A stretch of DNA of 64,000 nt from assembly GCF_002113885.1 (NCBI RefSeq), contig NW_018408154.1:906929-970928 (forward strand), in the 5' to 3' direction. This stretch comes from Mizuhopecten yessoensis (lineage: Eukaryota). This document shows positions 63,970 to 64,000 of this stretch, one piece after another (the first letter of the stretch is position 1; every line of letters starts with the position of its first letter). The notes beneath the pieces are model-generated. The model was not told where the DNA came from. It made no database searches and saw nothing but the letters and a program-made list of their open reading frames with translations. A program made the position numbers and the translations under genes.

Positions 63970-64000
63970 CTCTGTAGTATAGATCAGGTAATCAGTTGAG

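Overview
AT-rich, intron-containing, repeat-dense animal DNA. The repeat style (Helentron-like elements, many minisatellites) suggests a bivalve mollusc, which is an inference. Three gene systems can be rebuilt with phase-consistent splice sites. (1) The 5' part of a large cadherin gene on the minus strand: ATG 16047, five exons down to 628, continuing off the left edge, with signal peptide, long prodomain and RNRR furin site. (2) Three tandem 12-TM otopetrin-like genes on the plus strand (29224-30816, 33268-34869, 38820-40544), each with an uninterrupted CDS. They keep the fold signatures, but the conserved TM12 FYRxH proton-channel motif is altered to FFRFAS, FFRFAS and YFSFTS. (3) A multi-exon minus-strand gene (about 63969 to 44551) encoding a Ser-rich region, a coiled coil, a C-terminal RAMA domain and an LISDEE...W tail, matching the C-terminus of the meiotic DSB scaffold ANKRD31. 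One internal junction is unresolved and no ankyrin repeats are visible in the window. The rest consists of more than 15 minisatellite arrays, MITEs and foldback elements, Helentron-like elements, and relics of Gypsy, CR1, I/Nimb, L2 and L1/Tx1 retroelements. Long repetitive ORFs in the ORF track are tandem-repeat artefacts. There is no CRISPR array and no prokaryotic system. Family assignments come from motif recognition by eye; no database search was run.
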